Below, piece by piece: positions 18,343 through 28,857 of a stretch of 64,000 nt of DNA; the first letter of the stretch is position 1; each line of letters opens with the position of its first letter. Position numbers and translations under genes: made by a program. Location of the stretch: NCBI GenBank assembly GCA_016219925.1, contig JACRJU010000013.1, positions 180,472 to 244,471 of the forward strand, read 5' to 3'. The DNA is from Candidatus Uhrbacteria bacterium (GTDB lineage Bacteria > Patescibacteriota > Patescibacteriia > UBA9934 > GWF2-40-263). Under the pieces are notes generated by a model. That model was not told the origin of the DNA and ran no database searches. It was given only the letters and a program-made list of their open reading frames with translations.

Positions 18343-21309
18343 ATGGATACAGCGCTTCTTGATCAACTCAATGACGAACAAAAAAAGGCCGTCACGCACA
18401 AGGAGGGCCCGCTTTTGATTGTGGCTGGAGCCGGAACAGGGAAGACGACAGTCATTACCAAGCGCATCGCCTGGTTGATTGACCAAGGTCTTGCCAAGCC
18501 CGAAGAAATTCTCGCGCTGACCTTTACCGATAAGGCGGCTGGCGAAATGGAAGAACGGGTCGATCTGTTGTTGCCTTATGGTTATGTTGATCTTCAGATT
18601 TCGACATTCCATGCTTTTTGCGAGCGACTCCTGCGTGACTTTGGAACGCAAATCGGACTCTCGCACCAATTTGAAGTGTTGGATGAACTGGAAACCTGGT
18701 TGCTCGCTCGTCAAAAACTGGATCGTTTTGATCTTGATTATTACCGGCCGCTCGGCAATCCCACAAAATATCTTCGCGGTTTGCTTGCGCATTTTTCTCG
18801 AGCAAAAGATCATCACATCACCCCGGAAACGTATTTGGCTTTTGCCGAGTCGCTTCAGGCAGATGCCGACCATTTCCAAGCGGATGGCTCGTCTGACATG
18901 GAAGCCCAGCGGATTTTTGAATTGGCCACAGCATATCAAACATACCAACAGGTGCTCCTTGAACAAGACGCGCTCGATTTTGGTGACCTCCTGCTCTATA
19001 CCCTCAAGCTTTTACAGGAGCGTCCGAATGTTTTGCAACAGCTTCGGGCGCGCTATCGATTTATTTTGGTTGATGAGTTTCAAGACACCAACCCCGCGCA
19101 GTATGAACTCGTTCGCCTCTTAAGCGAGCCGCGAAACAATCTCACGGTTGTGGGCGATGATGATCAGGCCATTTATAAATTCCGCGGAGCATCCATTGAA
19201 AACATTTTGCGATTTGAGTCCGATTATCCAAAAGCGGCGCGTGTCGTCCTCACGCAAAATTACCGAAGCGTGCAGGCGATTTTGGATCGAGCGCACACGT
19301 TTATCCAAATGAACAATCCGGATCGGTTGGAAGCGCGCTCCGGCGGCTCGCTGTCCAAGCGATTGGTTTCCAATCAGCCGGGCGCTGGTCTCATCGAGCA
19401 TCTGCATTTTGCCACGAGTGAGGAAGAAGTCCGTGAGGTCATCAAAAAAATTCTCGCGCTCAAAGCCGCTGATCCAGAAACGCTCTGGAGCGATATTGCC
19501 GTTTTGGTTCGGTCTAACGGAGCGGGCGCGGATTTTGCCCATGGGTTCGAACGTTCAGGGATTCCGTTTCAATTTCTCGCGTTGTCTGGATTATATCGCA
19601 AGCCATCCGTGGTCGATCTAATGTCACTTCTTCGGGTGATCGATCAGCCGCACGATAGTCCGAGTCTGTATCGGGTGCTGTTCTTGCCGATGTGGAACAT
19701 CCCTGCCGAAGTCCTCATCGAACTCAGTCGTTTGGCCACACGCAAAGGAAAGAGTCTCTTTGAAACGATAGCTCTTGCCGGGACGCTTGGCGCTCTTCCT
19801 CTCGAGCCCATCGTTCGACTTCGAGAAATCTCGCATCTGCTCCTGGAACTTTCCAATGAAGCCAAAACCAAAACGGCTTCGGAACTTTTTGTGCGAGCGT
19901 TGAAACAGACGAAGTATATTGACGTCATTACCACTCTTGATGATCAGAAGAAAAAAGAAATTTTCGGGTACTTGCAACAGATGCTTGAGCGGGTCAAGTC
20001 GTTTGAAAAACGAAGCCCCTTGCCGTCGCTTCATGAATTTCTCGCGGAGTTTCGTCATGAACAAGACGCCGGCGAAGAGGGTTCGCTTTCTGTAGACATA
20101 GAAGCGGGACCGGACGTGGTGCGCCTGATGACCGTGCATGCCGCCAAAGGACTTGAGTTCAAGTATGTCTTTGTTGTGAATCTCGTTGATCGCCGTTTTC
20201 CCACTCAACGACGATCCGATGCCATCGCTCTTCCGTCAGAACTTTTGTCTCCAAAAGACGCAGAGGTAGATGAAGCCGCGTTTCATTTGCAGGAAGAGCG
20301 TCGGTTGTTCTATGTCGCAATGACGCGCGCAAAAGTGGGATTATTTTTCACCTCAGCCGAGGACTATGGAGGCGCCCGATCACGCAAGCTTTCCCGATTT
20401 TTGATTGAACTCGGATACGAAAAGCCGTCGACAACCGAAGAGACTCTCATCGTATTGATTGATGATGAGCGTGAACGCGCCGAGACCTCCACGCAAGATT
20501 TGAGCGCCTATGTGCCCAAGCAATTTTCCTTTACTCAACTGGCGGCTTTTCAAACTTGCCCTTTGCAATATAAGTTCGCCCATCTTTTACGCGTGCCCGT
20601 GCTGGGACGTTGGTCGCTTTCGTTTGGTAAGACCATGCACAATACTCTGCACCGGTATTTTACCGCTTGGATGGAACGCACGGGCAAACGACAAGTTGGA
20701 CTGTTTGATGGCGTCCGGGTAAAGACACCCAGCGACAACGGTTCGCAAGCATTGCCGGTTTCTCTTGAAGAGTTGTTAGAGATGTACCGGGCTTGTTGGA
20801 TTGACGAGTGGTATCCCACGGATGAGGCGCGCGAAGAATATCGCAAACGGGGAAAGGAACAATTGACGCGCTATGCTAAATCTTTTGAAGATGAGCGACC
20901 CGTTCCTGTGGCGCTTGAACAAGGATATACTTATAAGATTGGTGACGTAATTTTGAAGGGGCGGATTGATCGCATTGACGCTTTTGAAGATGGGGTGGAG
21001 ATCATCGATTACAAAACCGGCACACCAAAAGTTCTTAAACAGCTCGAGCGCGAGGACAAAGAGCAACTGTGGTTGTATCAACTCGCGGTTCGCGATGTGT
21101 TGAAACTTTATCCAAAGAAGTTGACGTTCGTTTATCTTGAAGATCAATCGCGCGTTTCGTTTCTGGGGAGCGATGAGGATCTTTTGCGTCTTCAGGAAGA
21201 GGTTGTCGAACGCGTAAAACGTATTCGTGAGAGTGATTTTCCTCCCAATCCGGGTCGGCATTGTCGTTACTGTGACTTCGCTGACATTTGTGAGTATCGA
21301 GAGCTGTAG
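18343..21309 (+). CDS. UvrD/PcrA-family helicase fused to a C-terminal PD-(D/E)XK nuclease
   Basis: AGAGTGKT, VDEFQD, TVHAAKGLE and EERRLFYVAMTRA; GRIDRID..IIDYKTG; four-Cys staple (TCP...CRYCDFADIC). Confidence 0.92.
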   Translation: MDTALLDQLNDEQKKAVTHKEGPLLIVAGAGTGKTTVITKRIAWLIDQGLAKPEEILALTFTDKAAGEMEERVDLLLPYGYVDLQISTFHAFCERLLRDFGTQIGLSHQFEVLDELETWLLARQKLDRFDLDYYRPLGNPTKYLRGLLAHFSRAKDHHITPETYLAFAESLQADADHFQADGSSDMEAQRIFELATAYQTYQQVLLEQDALDFGDLLLYTLKLLQERPNVLQQLRARYRFILVDEFQDTNPAQYELVRLLSEPRNNLTVVGDDDQAIYKFRGASIENILRFESDYPKAARVVLTQNYRSVQAILDRAHTFIQMNNPDRLEARSGGSLSKRLVSNQPGAGLIEHLHFATSEEEVREVIKKILALKAADPETLWSDIAVLVRSNGAGADFAHGFERSGIPFQFLALSGLYRKPSVVDLMSLLRVIDQPHDSPSLYRVLFLPMWNIPAEVLIELSRLATRKGKSLFETIALAGTLGALPLEPIVRLREISHLLLELSNEAKTKTASELFVRALKQTKYIDVITTLDDQKKKEIFGYLQQMLERVKSFEKRSPLPSLHEFLAEFRHEQDAGEEGSLSVDIEAGPDVVRLMTVHAAKGLEFKYVFVVNLVDRRFPTQRRSDAIALPSELLSPKDAEVDEAAFHLQEERRLFYVAMTRAKVGLFFTSAEDYGGARSRKLSRFLIELGYEKPSTTEETLIVLIDDERERAETSTQDLSAYVPKQFSFTQLAAFQTCPLQYKFAHLLRVPVLGRWSLSFGKTMHNTLHRYFTAWMERTGKRQVGLFDGVRVKTPSDNGSQALPVSLEELLEMYRACWIDEWYPTDEAREEYRKRGKEQLTRYAKSFEDERPVPVALEQGYTYKIGDVILKGRIDRIDAFEDGVEIIDYKTGTPKVLKQLEREDKEQLWLYQLAVRDVLKLYPKKLTFVYLEDQSRVSFLGSDEDLLRLQEEVVERVKRIRESDFPPNPGRHCRYCDFADICEYREL

Positions 21310-21354
21310 TAGAATAAGGAGAAAGAAGTAAGAAGAAAGAAATAGTCTGGATAT

Positions 21355-21669
21355 ATGCTCCAACTTAAAGATCTCCTCACAGGGGCGCTTAAGCGCGCGC
21401 ATGTTTCGACTCAAGTAACGGCCACGCAAATCGTCTCCGTCGCCAATGAGTTTCTTGGAGTCTTGCTTGGCATGGAATCAAAAGAGGCTCGTGTGGTTTC
21501 CTTTCGCAATGGAACACTCACCATTGAGATGCGCCGTTCATCGACAAGTCAATTCCTTAAAGAACACGAGGAGGTCTTGTTAGATGAGTTGCGCCTGCGT
21601 CTACCGTCTCAAAAAATCGCTTCCGTGCGATATCATCTTGTTCACCACTTCCGTCGATCAGAACTGTAG
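21355..21669 (+). CDS. DUF721/DciA family protein
   Basis: VVSFRNGTLTI...SQFL pattern, size and context. Confidence 0.65.
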   Translation: MLQLKDLLTGALKRAHVSTQVTATQIVSVANEFLGVLLGMESKEARVVSFRNGTLTIEMRRSSTSQFLKEHEEVLLDELRLRLPSQKIASVRYHLVHHFRRSEL

Positions 21670-21679
21670 ATTTTCCTTT

Positions 21680-22075
21680 ATGAGTTTTCGTTGGTTCCTT
21701 CTTGTTATGGCTCTGGCCACTTGTGCCGCGTGGATCGGCTGGGTGTTTGTTGTTCATAGTGTTGACCCAACCCATGCCGGGCTTCTGGGATTCCTTCTTT
21801 TTTATCTGACTTTGCTTGTGGCTGTTCTCGGTTCAACCGTTTTTTTCGGGGCGCTTATTCGCGTATGGATGAAACCGCAAGAAATCCCTTATCGGCAAAC
21901 CGTGCGCGCCCTTCGGCAAGGTGTTCTTCTTACTTTTCTTTTTCTTTCCGTTCTTATCTTGATCTCTTTTGAACTATTGAGATGGTGGACAGGGGGGTTG
22001 TTAATTCTGCTCTGTGCCCTCATTGAGCTTCTCTTTTTGACAAAACATGGCCGTAACGGCTCTACACCCTCTTGA
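21680..22075 (+). CDS. Hypothetical four-TM membrane protein
   Basis: Hydrophobic helices with VDP and RQG motifs. Confidence 0.7.
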   Translation: MSFRWFLLVMALATCAAWIGWVFVVHSVDPTHAGLLGFLLFYLTLLVAVLGSTVFFGALIRVWMKPQEIPYRQTVRALRQGVLLTFLFLSVLILISFELLRWWTGGLLILLCALIELLFLTKHGRNGSTPS

Positions 22076-22137
22076 GCACAAAAACGGTTCAAATAACGTC
22101 TTGATGGATGTTTTGGCATCCAGTAGAATCAAGGCGT

Positions 22138-23190
22138 ATGTTGAATAAATTGCTCGGTAGATTTTCAAAGGATTTGGGGATAGATTTGGGGACTTCAAAT
22201 ACATTGGTCTATTCAAAGGACGGCGGCATTGTGGTTAACGAACCTTCTATCGTCGCAATCAACACCCGAACAGATCAAATTTTAGCGGTGGGGAAGGACG
22301 CTAAGGATATGCTCGGAAAAAATCCGCCGCATATCCAAATGACGAAGCCTTTGAGTAAAGGGGTCATTTCCGATTTTGAGGTTACGGAAAAGATGCTAAA
22401 GCATTTTATTGATCGCGTTCATGCGGAATCATTCACCATTGTTCCGCGGCCACGCGTGGTGATTGGGGTACCACTTGAGACGACAGAGGTTGAACGAAAA
22501 GCGATAGAAGACGCGGCTCTTTCTGCTGGAGCGCGCCAGGTTTATCTTGTGGAAAATCCTATGCTTGCGGCCTTGGGAGCTCGTCTTCCTCTTTCTGAAT
22601 CCGTTGGGATGATGGTGGTGGATCTCGGAGGTGGCACAACGGAAATTGCCGTGATGTCTTTGGCAGGAATTGTGACATGGAAGTCACTTGATGTCGCAGG
22701 TGATGAATTGAACAAAAATATTATTCAGTATGCGCGTGAGGTTTTTAATCTTCTGTTAGGTGAGCGTGTTGCAGAGCGGGTGAAGATGCGTATCGGAACA
22801 GCGATGGAACCGGATGACGCTCTTGAAATGGAAATGCGCGGCCGAGATCTTCTGACAGGCTTGCCGAAGGAAATTACGGTAACGGACGGGCAGATTCGTG
22901 AGGCCATGGAAAAATCTATTCGTACGATCATTGAGAATATTAAAGCCACGCTTGAAATCACACCTCCGGAGCTCGTTGCGGATATTTATGAACGAGGCAT
23001 CGTATTAACCGGCGGCGGAGCTCTCTTGCGAGGATTGGATAAGCTCGTTTCAAGACAAGCAGCCATTCCCGTGCGCATTGCGGATGATCCTTTGACCTGC
23101 GTGGTGCGCGGAGCGGGTTTTCTGCTTGATCATGATGACCTCTTAAAAGATATTTCTCTCCCTTCTGCGACGGAGGGACATATTTTCTAA
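22138..23190 (+). CDS. mreB: Rod shape-determining protein MreB
   Basis: GIDLGTSNT, VDLGGGTTE and LTGGGALL motifs; promoter TTGATG-17-TAGAAT just upstream. Confidence 0.97.
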   Translation: MLNKLLGRFSKDLGIDLGTSNTLVYSKDGGIVVNEPSIVAINTRTDQILAVGKDAKDMLGKNPPHIQMTKPLSKGVISDFEVTEKMLKHFIDRVHAESFTIVPRPRVVIGVPLETTEVERKAIEDAALSAGARQVYLVENPMLAALGARLPLSESVGMMVVDLGGGTTEIAVMSLAGIVTWKSLDVAGDELNKNIIQYAREVFNLLLGERVAERVKMRIGTAMEPDDALEMEMRGRDLLTGLPKEITVTDGQIREAMEKSIRTIIENIKATLEITPPELVADIYERGIVLTGGGALLRGLDKLVSRQAAIPVRIADDPLTCVVRGAGFLLDHDDLLKDISLPSATEGHIF

Positions 23191-23199
23191 TCTGTTCCT

Positions 23200-23994
23200 A
23201 TGGCCGTACGATCACGTCCCGGATCGCGTCTCTTTTTTCTCTTGGGTATTGTGATGATTGGTCTGGCTGTCTTTTTGGGTCGGCCATGGATTGAGCGGTC
23301 TCTTCAGTTTGTTGAGCGTCCGGCTGTGGGGGTGGGAACGTGGCTTTATCGGAACATGGTATTTTTTAAAGGATCGTCAGCTTCACCAGAAGAGGTTCAA
23401 AATCTGAAAGATCAAGTGCTTTCTTTAGCAGTGGATCAAGTTTTGCTTGACCGTTTAAAAAAAGAAAACAAGGAATTAAAAACGGCGGTGGATTTTGAAA
23501 AAAGGTCACAGCGATCTACGATTACGGCCTCTGTTATCTTGCGTTCAAGCACGGTTAAATCCGCACTTTTTGTCGTGGATCGGGGCGCGCGTGATGGCAT
23601 TCATGTCGAAGATCCGGTCATCGTAGGCGACGGGGTGTTGGTGGGGAAGGTGAGTGCTCTCACGCCAACCACAGCAACGATTACGGCTTTAACTGATCCT
23701 GGTTCTGCCACGGCTGTGAGTATTCTGAACCAAAATCAAACCATTGGGATTGCCGAAGGGATTACCGGAAATCTGTTGCGTCTAAAATTTATTCCTCAAG
23801 GAACGGACGTTGCGGTGAATCAACTCGTCACCACGTCCGGTTTGGAATCTCGAATTCCATCTGGTCTTCTGGTCGGTTTGGTCAATGATGTGAAGTCGGA
23901 ACAAAACGCGCCCTTTTTGGAAGCGATCGTTGAGCCGCTTATTGACGTGAGAACGTATGAGATTGTTCAGGTGATTACGGGTCCATCTCTATGA
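23200..23994 (+). CDS. mreC: Rod shape-determining protein MreC
   Basis: N-terminal TM, coiled coil, DRG..DGI, LVGKV and TSGL..IPSGLLVG motifs. Confidence 0.92.
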   Translation: MAVRSRPGSRLFFLLGIVMIGLAVFLGRPWIERSLQFVERPAVGVGTWLYRNMVFFKGSSASPEEVQNLKDQVLSLAVDQVLLDRLKKENKELKTAVDFEKRSQRSTITASVILRSSTVKSALFVVDRGARDGIHVEDPVIVGDGVLVGKVSALTPTTATITALTDPGSATAVSILNQNQTIGIAEGITGNLLRLKFIPQGTDVAVNQLVTTSGLESRIPSGLLVGLVNDVKSEQNAPFLEAIVEPLIDVRTYEIVQVITGPSL

Positions 23995-24497
23995 TGCGCG
24001 TGTTGATTTCCGGATTCTTTTTTCTCGCGGTTGTCCTTTTTGAGACGAGCTTTCTCTCTTCTGTCCCATCCGTTTTGGCCATGACCCCGCTTGTTTTTGC
24101 GTTGAGCGTTTATCTCATTCAGCATCAAAACCGTCTGGATGGAGTGTTTTGGTTGATAGGATACGGCATTTTTTTGGAAGCTTTTCATCTCTCTGTAATT
24201 CCTCTTCCGTTTTTGCCCTACGCGTTTGCGGCCACGGCGAGCTTTATCAGTGCGCGTCAGGTGTTTTCAAACCGATCTTTGTATGGGATCGCCGGATGTG
24301 CGCTGACAGGGTGGGCTACGGCCGCATTCGGTGAGGCTTTGATCAAGATGGGTGCGTCACTTGCGGGGCACAGTGTTCCGAACTGGGGGATGTGGTTGCA
24401 GACGATAAGTTTGCGCGCGCTCTTGCTCATCGGCGCGATTTATATCATTTTTTATGTAGCAAGACCTTTCCAGCATGTCTGGGGGTCGCGTCTCTGA
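23991..24497 (+). CDS. mreD: MreD-like membrane protein
   Basis: Multi-TM protein between mreC and pbp2. Confidence 0.65.
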   Translation: MMRVLISGFFFLAVVLFETSFLSSVPSVLAMTPLVFALSVYLIQHQNRLDGVFWLIGYGIFLEAFHLSVIPLPFLPYAFAATASFISARQVFSNRSLYGIAGCALTGWATAAFGEALIKMGASLAGHSVPNWGMWLQTISLRALLLIGAIYIIFYVARPFQHVWGSRL

Positions 24498-24499
24498 GC

Positions 24500-26440
24500 A
24501 TGTTTTTTAGAAAGAAGCCTTCTCGTGTTTTCGTGATTCAATCCGACCATCTCCTCGGAAAAGTTTCGAATGAGCGAGAACGAGAAGATCTTGAATACGC
24601 GATTGGGAATGAACCGTTCGGAGAGCATCTATCCAATCGCTCTCAAATGGGATCGGCGATTCCGGCAAAGCGACGGCGGTTCGCTGTGGCCATGCTTGGA
24701 TTTACTCTGTTGCTTTTTTTGGGTCGATCCGTCGAGCTCCAGCTGTTTGAGGGGAATCACTATCGAGCACTCGCGCAGGCGAATCGCTATCGCGTCACGC
24801 GGGTGTTACCCCAGCGTGGTTTAATTTATGATCGGGAGGGGGCCATCTTAGCTCAAAATATTCCGTCTTTTGTCCTTACGATGACGATTGCGGATCTGCC
24901 GCGGACTTTGTCGGAACGTCGAAAAGAATTTGCTATCATCAGTGACCTTGCGGGATTGCAACCAACGGATCTTGATTTATTGTTGACCAGTTATGCTTCT
25001 TCGCCTTATGACGCCATTCCCGTCAAACGCAATATTCCGTTTGAACGCGCCATGCATCTTTCCATCGAGACGAAACATCTGCCGGGGTTTGCTCTTGAAG
25101 CTGGGACGCTTCGCTCCTACCCATCGAACATTTCTTCGCTCTCGCACATCCTTGGATATATTGGAAAAATATCTCCGGATGAATTAGAAAATTTGAAAGG
25201 TCAAGGCTATCGTCCGATTGATACGATTGGCAAGATTGGAGTCGAACAAACCGCCGAGCAGACGCTTCGCGGGACGCCTGGTGAAATGGTAGCCGAAGTT
25301 GATGCTCAAGGTCGCGAAACCTCCGTGGTTTCAAAAACAGATCCCGTGGCCGGGATAGACATTCATCTTACGATCGATGCGCCATTTCAACAGTTCATTG
25401 AACAGCAGTTGCAAGATGTCTTTCATCGAACACAAACCTCACGCGGATCTGTCGTCGCACTGAATCCAAAAACAGGTGAGATCTTTGCCTTGGTAAGTTT
25501 GCCTGCTTTCGACAACAATGCTTTTTCTGCTGGCATTGATGAGGAAAGTCTCAACGCATTGATACAAGACAAAAATCAGCCTCTCTTTTTTCGTGCCATC
25601 GCAGGTGGGTTTCCATCGGGCTCTATTTTTAAACCGTTCGTAGCTTACGCGGCCCTCGCCGAACAGGTTGTTACAAAGCATACGTCTTTTTTGTCGACCG
25701 GTGGTTTGCGAATCAATGATTGGTTTTTCCCGGACTGGAAAGCAGGCGGCCACGGGGTGACAGACATCTATAAAGCCATTTCTGAATCGGTCAACACCTA
25801 CTTTTATATTGTCGGAGGCGGTTTTGATCAATTTAATGGTTTGGGCGTGAAACGAATCACCGATTACGCCTCGTTGTTTGGATTTGGAAAACCAACGGGC
25901 GTTGATCTCCCCGGAGAAGCATCAGGATTTTTGCCGTCAAAAGAGTGGAAGGAGCAAACCAAAGATGAGCGGTGGTATGTGGGTGACACCTATCACCTTG
26001 CCATTGGACAAGGTGACTTTTTGACGACGCCGCTTCAGATGGCTCGTGCCACTGGAATCATTGCAAACAAAGGGGTTGTCGTGACTCCGCATGTAGTTAA
26101 AGGCGTGCAGTTCGTGGGCGAACCCATCCCGAATTTGGACCCTTCGGCTCTGAACATTGTCCGTCAGGCCATGAGGCTGACCGTGACTCAAGGAAGCGGG
26201 CGCGCTCTTTCTTCGCTCCCTTTTTCCGTTGCGGGCAAAACAGGAACCGCCCAGGCGCCAGGCTCTGAGCGGTTTCATTCTTGGTTTACAGGATTTGCTC
26301 CGTTTGATGATCCAGAAATTGTCGTTGCCGTGCTCGTTGAAGAGGGAGGGGAAAGCACCGCGGCGGCCGTTCCCATTGCTCGAAATATTTTGAGCTGGTG
26401 GATGAGTCGCTCAGATGATTTGTTAAGGTCGTTGCAGTAA
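24500..26440 (+). CDS. mrdA: Penicillin-binding protein 2
   Basis: RGLIYDR, GSIFK (SxxK), SVN and KTGT motifs. Confidence 0.95.
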   Translation: MFFRKKPSRVFVIQSDHLLGKVSNEREREDLEYAIGNEPFGEHLSNRSQMGSAIPAKRRRFAVAMLGFTLLLFLGRSVELQLFEGNHYRALAQANRYRVTRVLPQRGLIYDREGAILAQNIPSFVLTMTIADLPRTLSERRKEFAIISDLAGLQPTDLDLLLTSYASSPYDAIPVKRNIPFERAMHLSIETKHLPGFALEAGTLRSYPSNISSLSHILGYIGKISPDELENLKGQGYRPIDTIGKIGVEQTAEQTLRGTPGEMVAEVDAQGRETSVVSKTDPVAGIDIHLTIDAPFQQFIEQQLQDVFHRTQTSRGSVVALNPKTGEIFALVSLPAFDNNAFSAGIDEESLNALIQDKNQPLFFRAIAGGFPSGSIFKPFVAYAALAEQVVTKHTSFLSTGGLRINDWFFPDWKAGGHGVTDIYKAISESVNTYFYIVGGGFDQFNGLGVKRITDYASLFGFGKPTGVDLPGEASGFLPSKEWKEQTKDERWYVGDTYHLAIGQGDFLTTPLQMARATGIIANKGVVVTPHVVKGVQFVGEPIPNLDPSALNIVRQAMRLTVTQGSGRALSSLPFSVAGKTGTAQAPGSERFHSWFTGFAPFDDPEIVVAVLVEEGGESTAAAVPIARNILSWWMSRSDDLLRSLQ

Positions 26441-27235
26441 TTTTTTTCCGGCCACCAGAAAAAAGATGATCGCCCCCAGTAAAACAATTGTCGCTCCAGA
26501 TGGAGTGTTGAGATAAAAAGAAAAGGCGAGTCCGAAAAAGATAATCAATTCAGAGAAAACGACGGACCAGATCATGTGAGAACGAAAGTTTTCTGCAAAG
26601 ATGCGACTCGTGGCAGCGGGAATAATCAATAAAGCAGAGATCAGGATGATGCCAAGAATTTTGACGCCAAGCACGGTGGCCAGAGCGAGCGCGATGTAGA
26701 AAAGCACGGTTTGCAGAGCAACCGGAACTCCAGCCACCGTCGCTTGTTCTTCACTCAAAGAAAGCAGGGTGAGTTGTCGGTGTGAGAAAAAGAGCCACGT
26801 GAGAATAACAAGGGAGCATCCGATGATGATGAAAAGATCAAAATAAGAAACACTTAAAATACTGCCAAACAAAAAGGATATCAGTTCAGGTTGATAGCCG
26901 TGGGTCATGTTCATTATCACGACCCCGAGCGCCATGGAAGAGGTAAAGAGAATTCCAAGAACAGAGTCGGCCGACAAACGAGTTCGGCGTTCCAAAAAGA
27001 AAATGAGGAGGGCAAGGATGACCGCCCAACCCATAGCAACAGGAAGTGGAGAGAGACCGGCAAAAACTGCAAGCGCGATTCCGGCAAGAGATCCGTGGGC
27101 GATTCCTTCTCCAAAAAAGGCCATATTGCGCAAGGTTACGAAAACGCCCAGGCTCGCGAGGAGCACGCCTAAAAAGAGTCCCGCAAGGGTTGCGCGTTGC
27201 ATGAATCCGAACGCAAGAAAGCTTAGAGGTTCCAT
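26423..27235 (-). CDS. znuB: Zn/Mn ABC transporter permease
   Basis: MAFFGEGIAH, LFGSIL and IIPAAT motifs. Confidence 0.88.
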   Translation of the reverse strand: MEPLSFLAFGFMQRATLAGLFLGVLLASLGVFVTLRNMAFFGEGIAHGSLAGIALAVFAGLSPLPVAMGWAVILALLIFFLERRTRLSADSVLGILFTSSMALGVVIMNMTHGYQPELISFLFGSILSVSYFDLFIIIGCSLVILTWLFFSHRQLTLLSLSEEQATVAGVPVALQTVLFYIALALATVLGVKILGIILISALLIIPAATSRIFAENFRSHMIWSVVFSELIIFFGLAFSFYLNTPSGATIVLLGAIIFFLVAGKKLLQRP

Positions 27236-27236
27236 A

Positions 27237-27989
27237 CTAGAGGTGTGGGTGTTGATGGCGATAGAGTTCCATATCATTATGACCATAAAGCTCCGAAAGG
27301 GTTTCTTGTGTCAAAGTTTCTCTGGGTGGACCGGAGCAAACCAATTTTTTATTCACGCAAATCACCTGATCCACAACTTTTGCGATGACCGCAATGTCGT
27401 GAGAGACGAGAAGAACGGTGGTGTGGTGTTCTTTGACCTGTCGTTCAATCAGTTCATAAAACTGCTTTTCTCCGACGATATCAATGCCAGTGGAAGGTTC
27501 GTCGAGAATAAGCAGAGCCGGGTGATGAAGAGTCGCGTGGGCGATGAGCACACGTTGCAGTTGTCCCCCAGAAAGAGATCCTAAACGTTTATACAAAATC
27601 GAAGCGCTTAAACCGACTTCCGTTAGTTTCGCCGTGAGTGAGGTTGGCTTTTTTCGCCGCAGAGTTAGTCCAAGGAATTCGCCGACAGAAATGGGGAAAT
27701 CTGGATCAAAGCGAAATTTTTGCGGAAGATACCCTATCTGATCGCGCATGCGCTCAAGCGGTTTGCCATCGAAGAGAACTTTCCCGTGCGCGATGGGGGT
27801 CAATCCCAGCATGGCTCGAATGAGAGTTGTTTTTCCAGAGCCGTTTGGTCCAATAATAGCCGCAATTTTTCCGAGGGTGACTTCAAACTGCACACCGGTT
27901 AAAACGGGGTGCGTGCCAAAGCGCACTTCCAGGTTCTCAACCCGGATCATGGGCTCGTGACTAGAGGTTTTCGGAGAGGATGCGGGCAT
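27237..27989 (-). CDS. znuC: Zn/Mn ABC transporter ATPase
   Basis: GPNGSGKT, LSGGQ, LDEP motifs and a His-rich tail. Confidence 0.88.
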   Translation of the reverse strand: MPASSPKTSSHEPMIRVENLEVRFGTHPVLTGVQFEVTLGKIAAIIGPNGSGKTTLIRAMLGLTPIAHGKVLFDGKPLERMRDQIGYLPQKFRFDPDFPISVGEFLGLTLRRKKPTSLTAKLTEVGLSASILYKRLGSLSGGQLQRVLIAHATLHHPALLILDEPSTGIDIVGEKQFYELIERQVKEHHTTVLLVSHDIAVIAKVVDQVICVNKKLVCSGPPRETLTQETLSELYGHNDMELYRHQHPHL

Positions 27990-28857
27990 TGGCGTCCATA
28001 ATATCAATATAGGAGGTTGGGTGGCTTTCGCCTTCGGCTGGATCAAGATACTCCACGCGGGCGTGGTGGTCAGTTAAGAATCCTTTCAGAGGTTCAATCG
28101 AAAATTGTGGTTCGGCAAAAAGCACCCGAATGTTCCAGAGGTCTAACTGTTTTGAAAGTTTGGCCAAAGAGCGCGCGGTGGGTTCTCGTCCAGCGGTCGG
28201 TTCAAATGTTGCTATCAAATCAAGACCATACGCCTCACTGAAATAATACCATGCATCGTGAAATGTGATGATCTTTTTGCCCTTGAAAGGCGCGAGGCGA
28301 TTTTGCAAACGCGATTCCAGGTCTTCCAGCTTTTTCTGATAGGCTTCCGTATTTGCGATGATGTCCGTCTGTTTGTGAGGAAAGAGTTCGATCAAACGAT
28401 CAGAAACCGTTTGAGCGATAAGAGAAGCATTGGAGGCCACCAACCAATAGTGCGGATCAACCGGTCCATCATCTTCGGTATCTGCGGACGCGCGCAACTC
28501 AATATCACGATCGACGATTACGGCTTTTTTTGAATCCCCAATCAAAGAAAGCGCCCAGGTGTCTAACCCATGCCCAATGAGGAATACCGCCGGTGATCGT
28601 TCTATGGTTTTAATCGTTTCTGGACTTGGCTCAAACGTGTGAGGAGAAGAACCAGGAGGAAGAAGTGTTTGCACCTCAACCACACCAGCGCCTACCTGTG
28701 ACACGATATCCGAAAGAGCAAAGATACTGGCGCTCACAACAGGTAAAGATTCTACGCGGTCGCTGGATGTGCGAAAGTTCCATGACCCATACGCAAAAAG
28801 GAACGTTGCAACGAAGAGAGCGCCGATGAGTCCGATGATAGAAAGAAAAGGTTTCAT
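27961..28857 (-). CDS. znuA: Zn/Mn ABC transporter substrate-binding protein
   Basis: SPHTFEP, DPHYW and HDAWYYF motifs. Confidence 0.88.
   Translation of the reverse strand: MKPFLSIIGLIGALFVATFLFAYGSWNFRTSSDRVESLPVVSASIFALSDIVSQVGAGVVEVQTLLPPGSSPHTFEPSPETIKTIERSPAVFLIGHGLDTWALSLIGDSKKAVIVDRDIELRASADTEDDGPVDPHYWLVASNASLIAQTVSDRLIELFPHKQTDIIANTEAYQKKLEDLESRLQNRLAPFKGKKIITFHDAWYYFSEAYGLDLIATFEPTAGREPTARSLAKLSKQLDLWNIRVLFAEPQFSIEPLKGFLTDHHARVEYLDPAEGESHPTSYIDIMDANARILSENL

Noticed and set aside
20500-21309. Cas4 or CRISPR adaptation gene
   Set aside because: The PD-(D/E)XK Fe-S domain is fused to a UvrD helicase in a housekeeping context, with no cas1 or array
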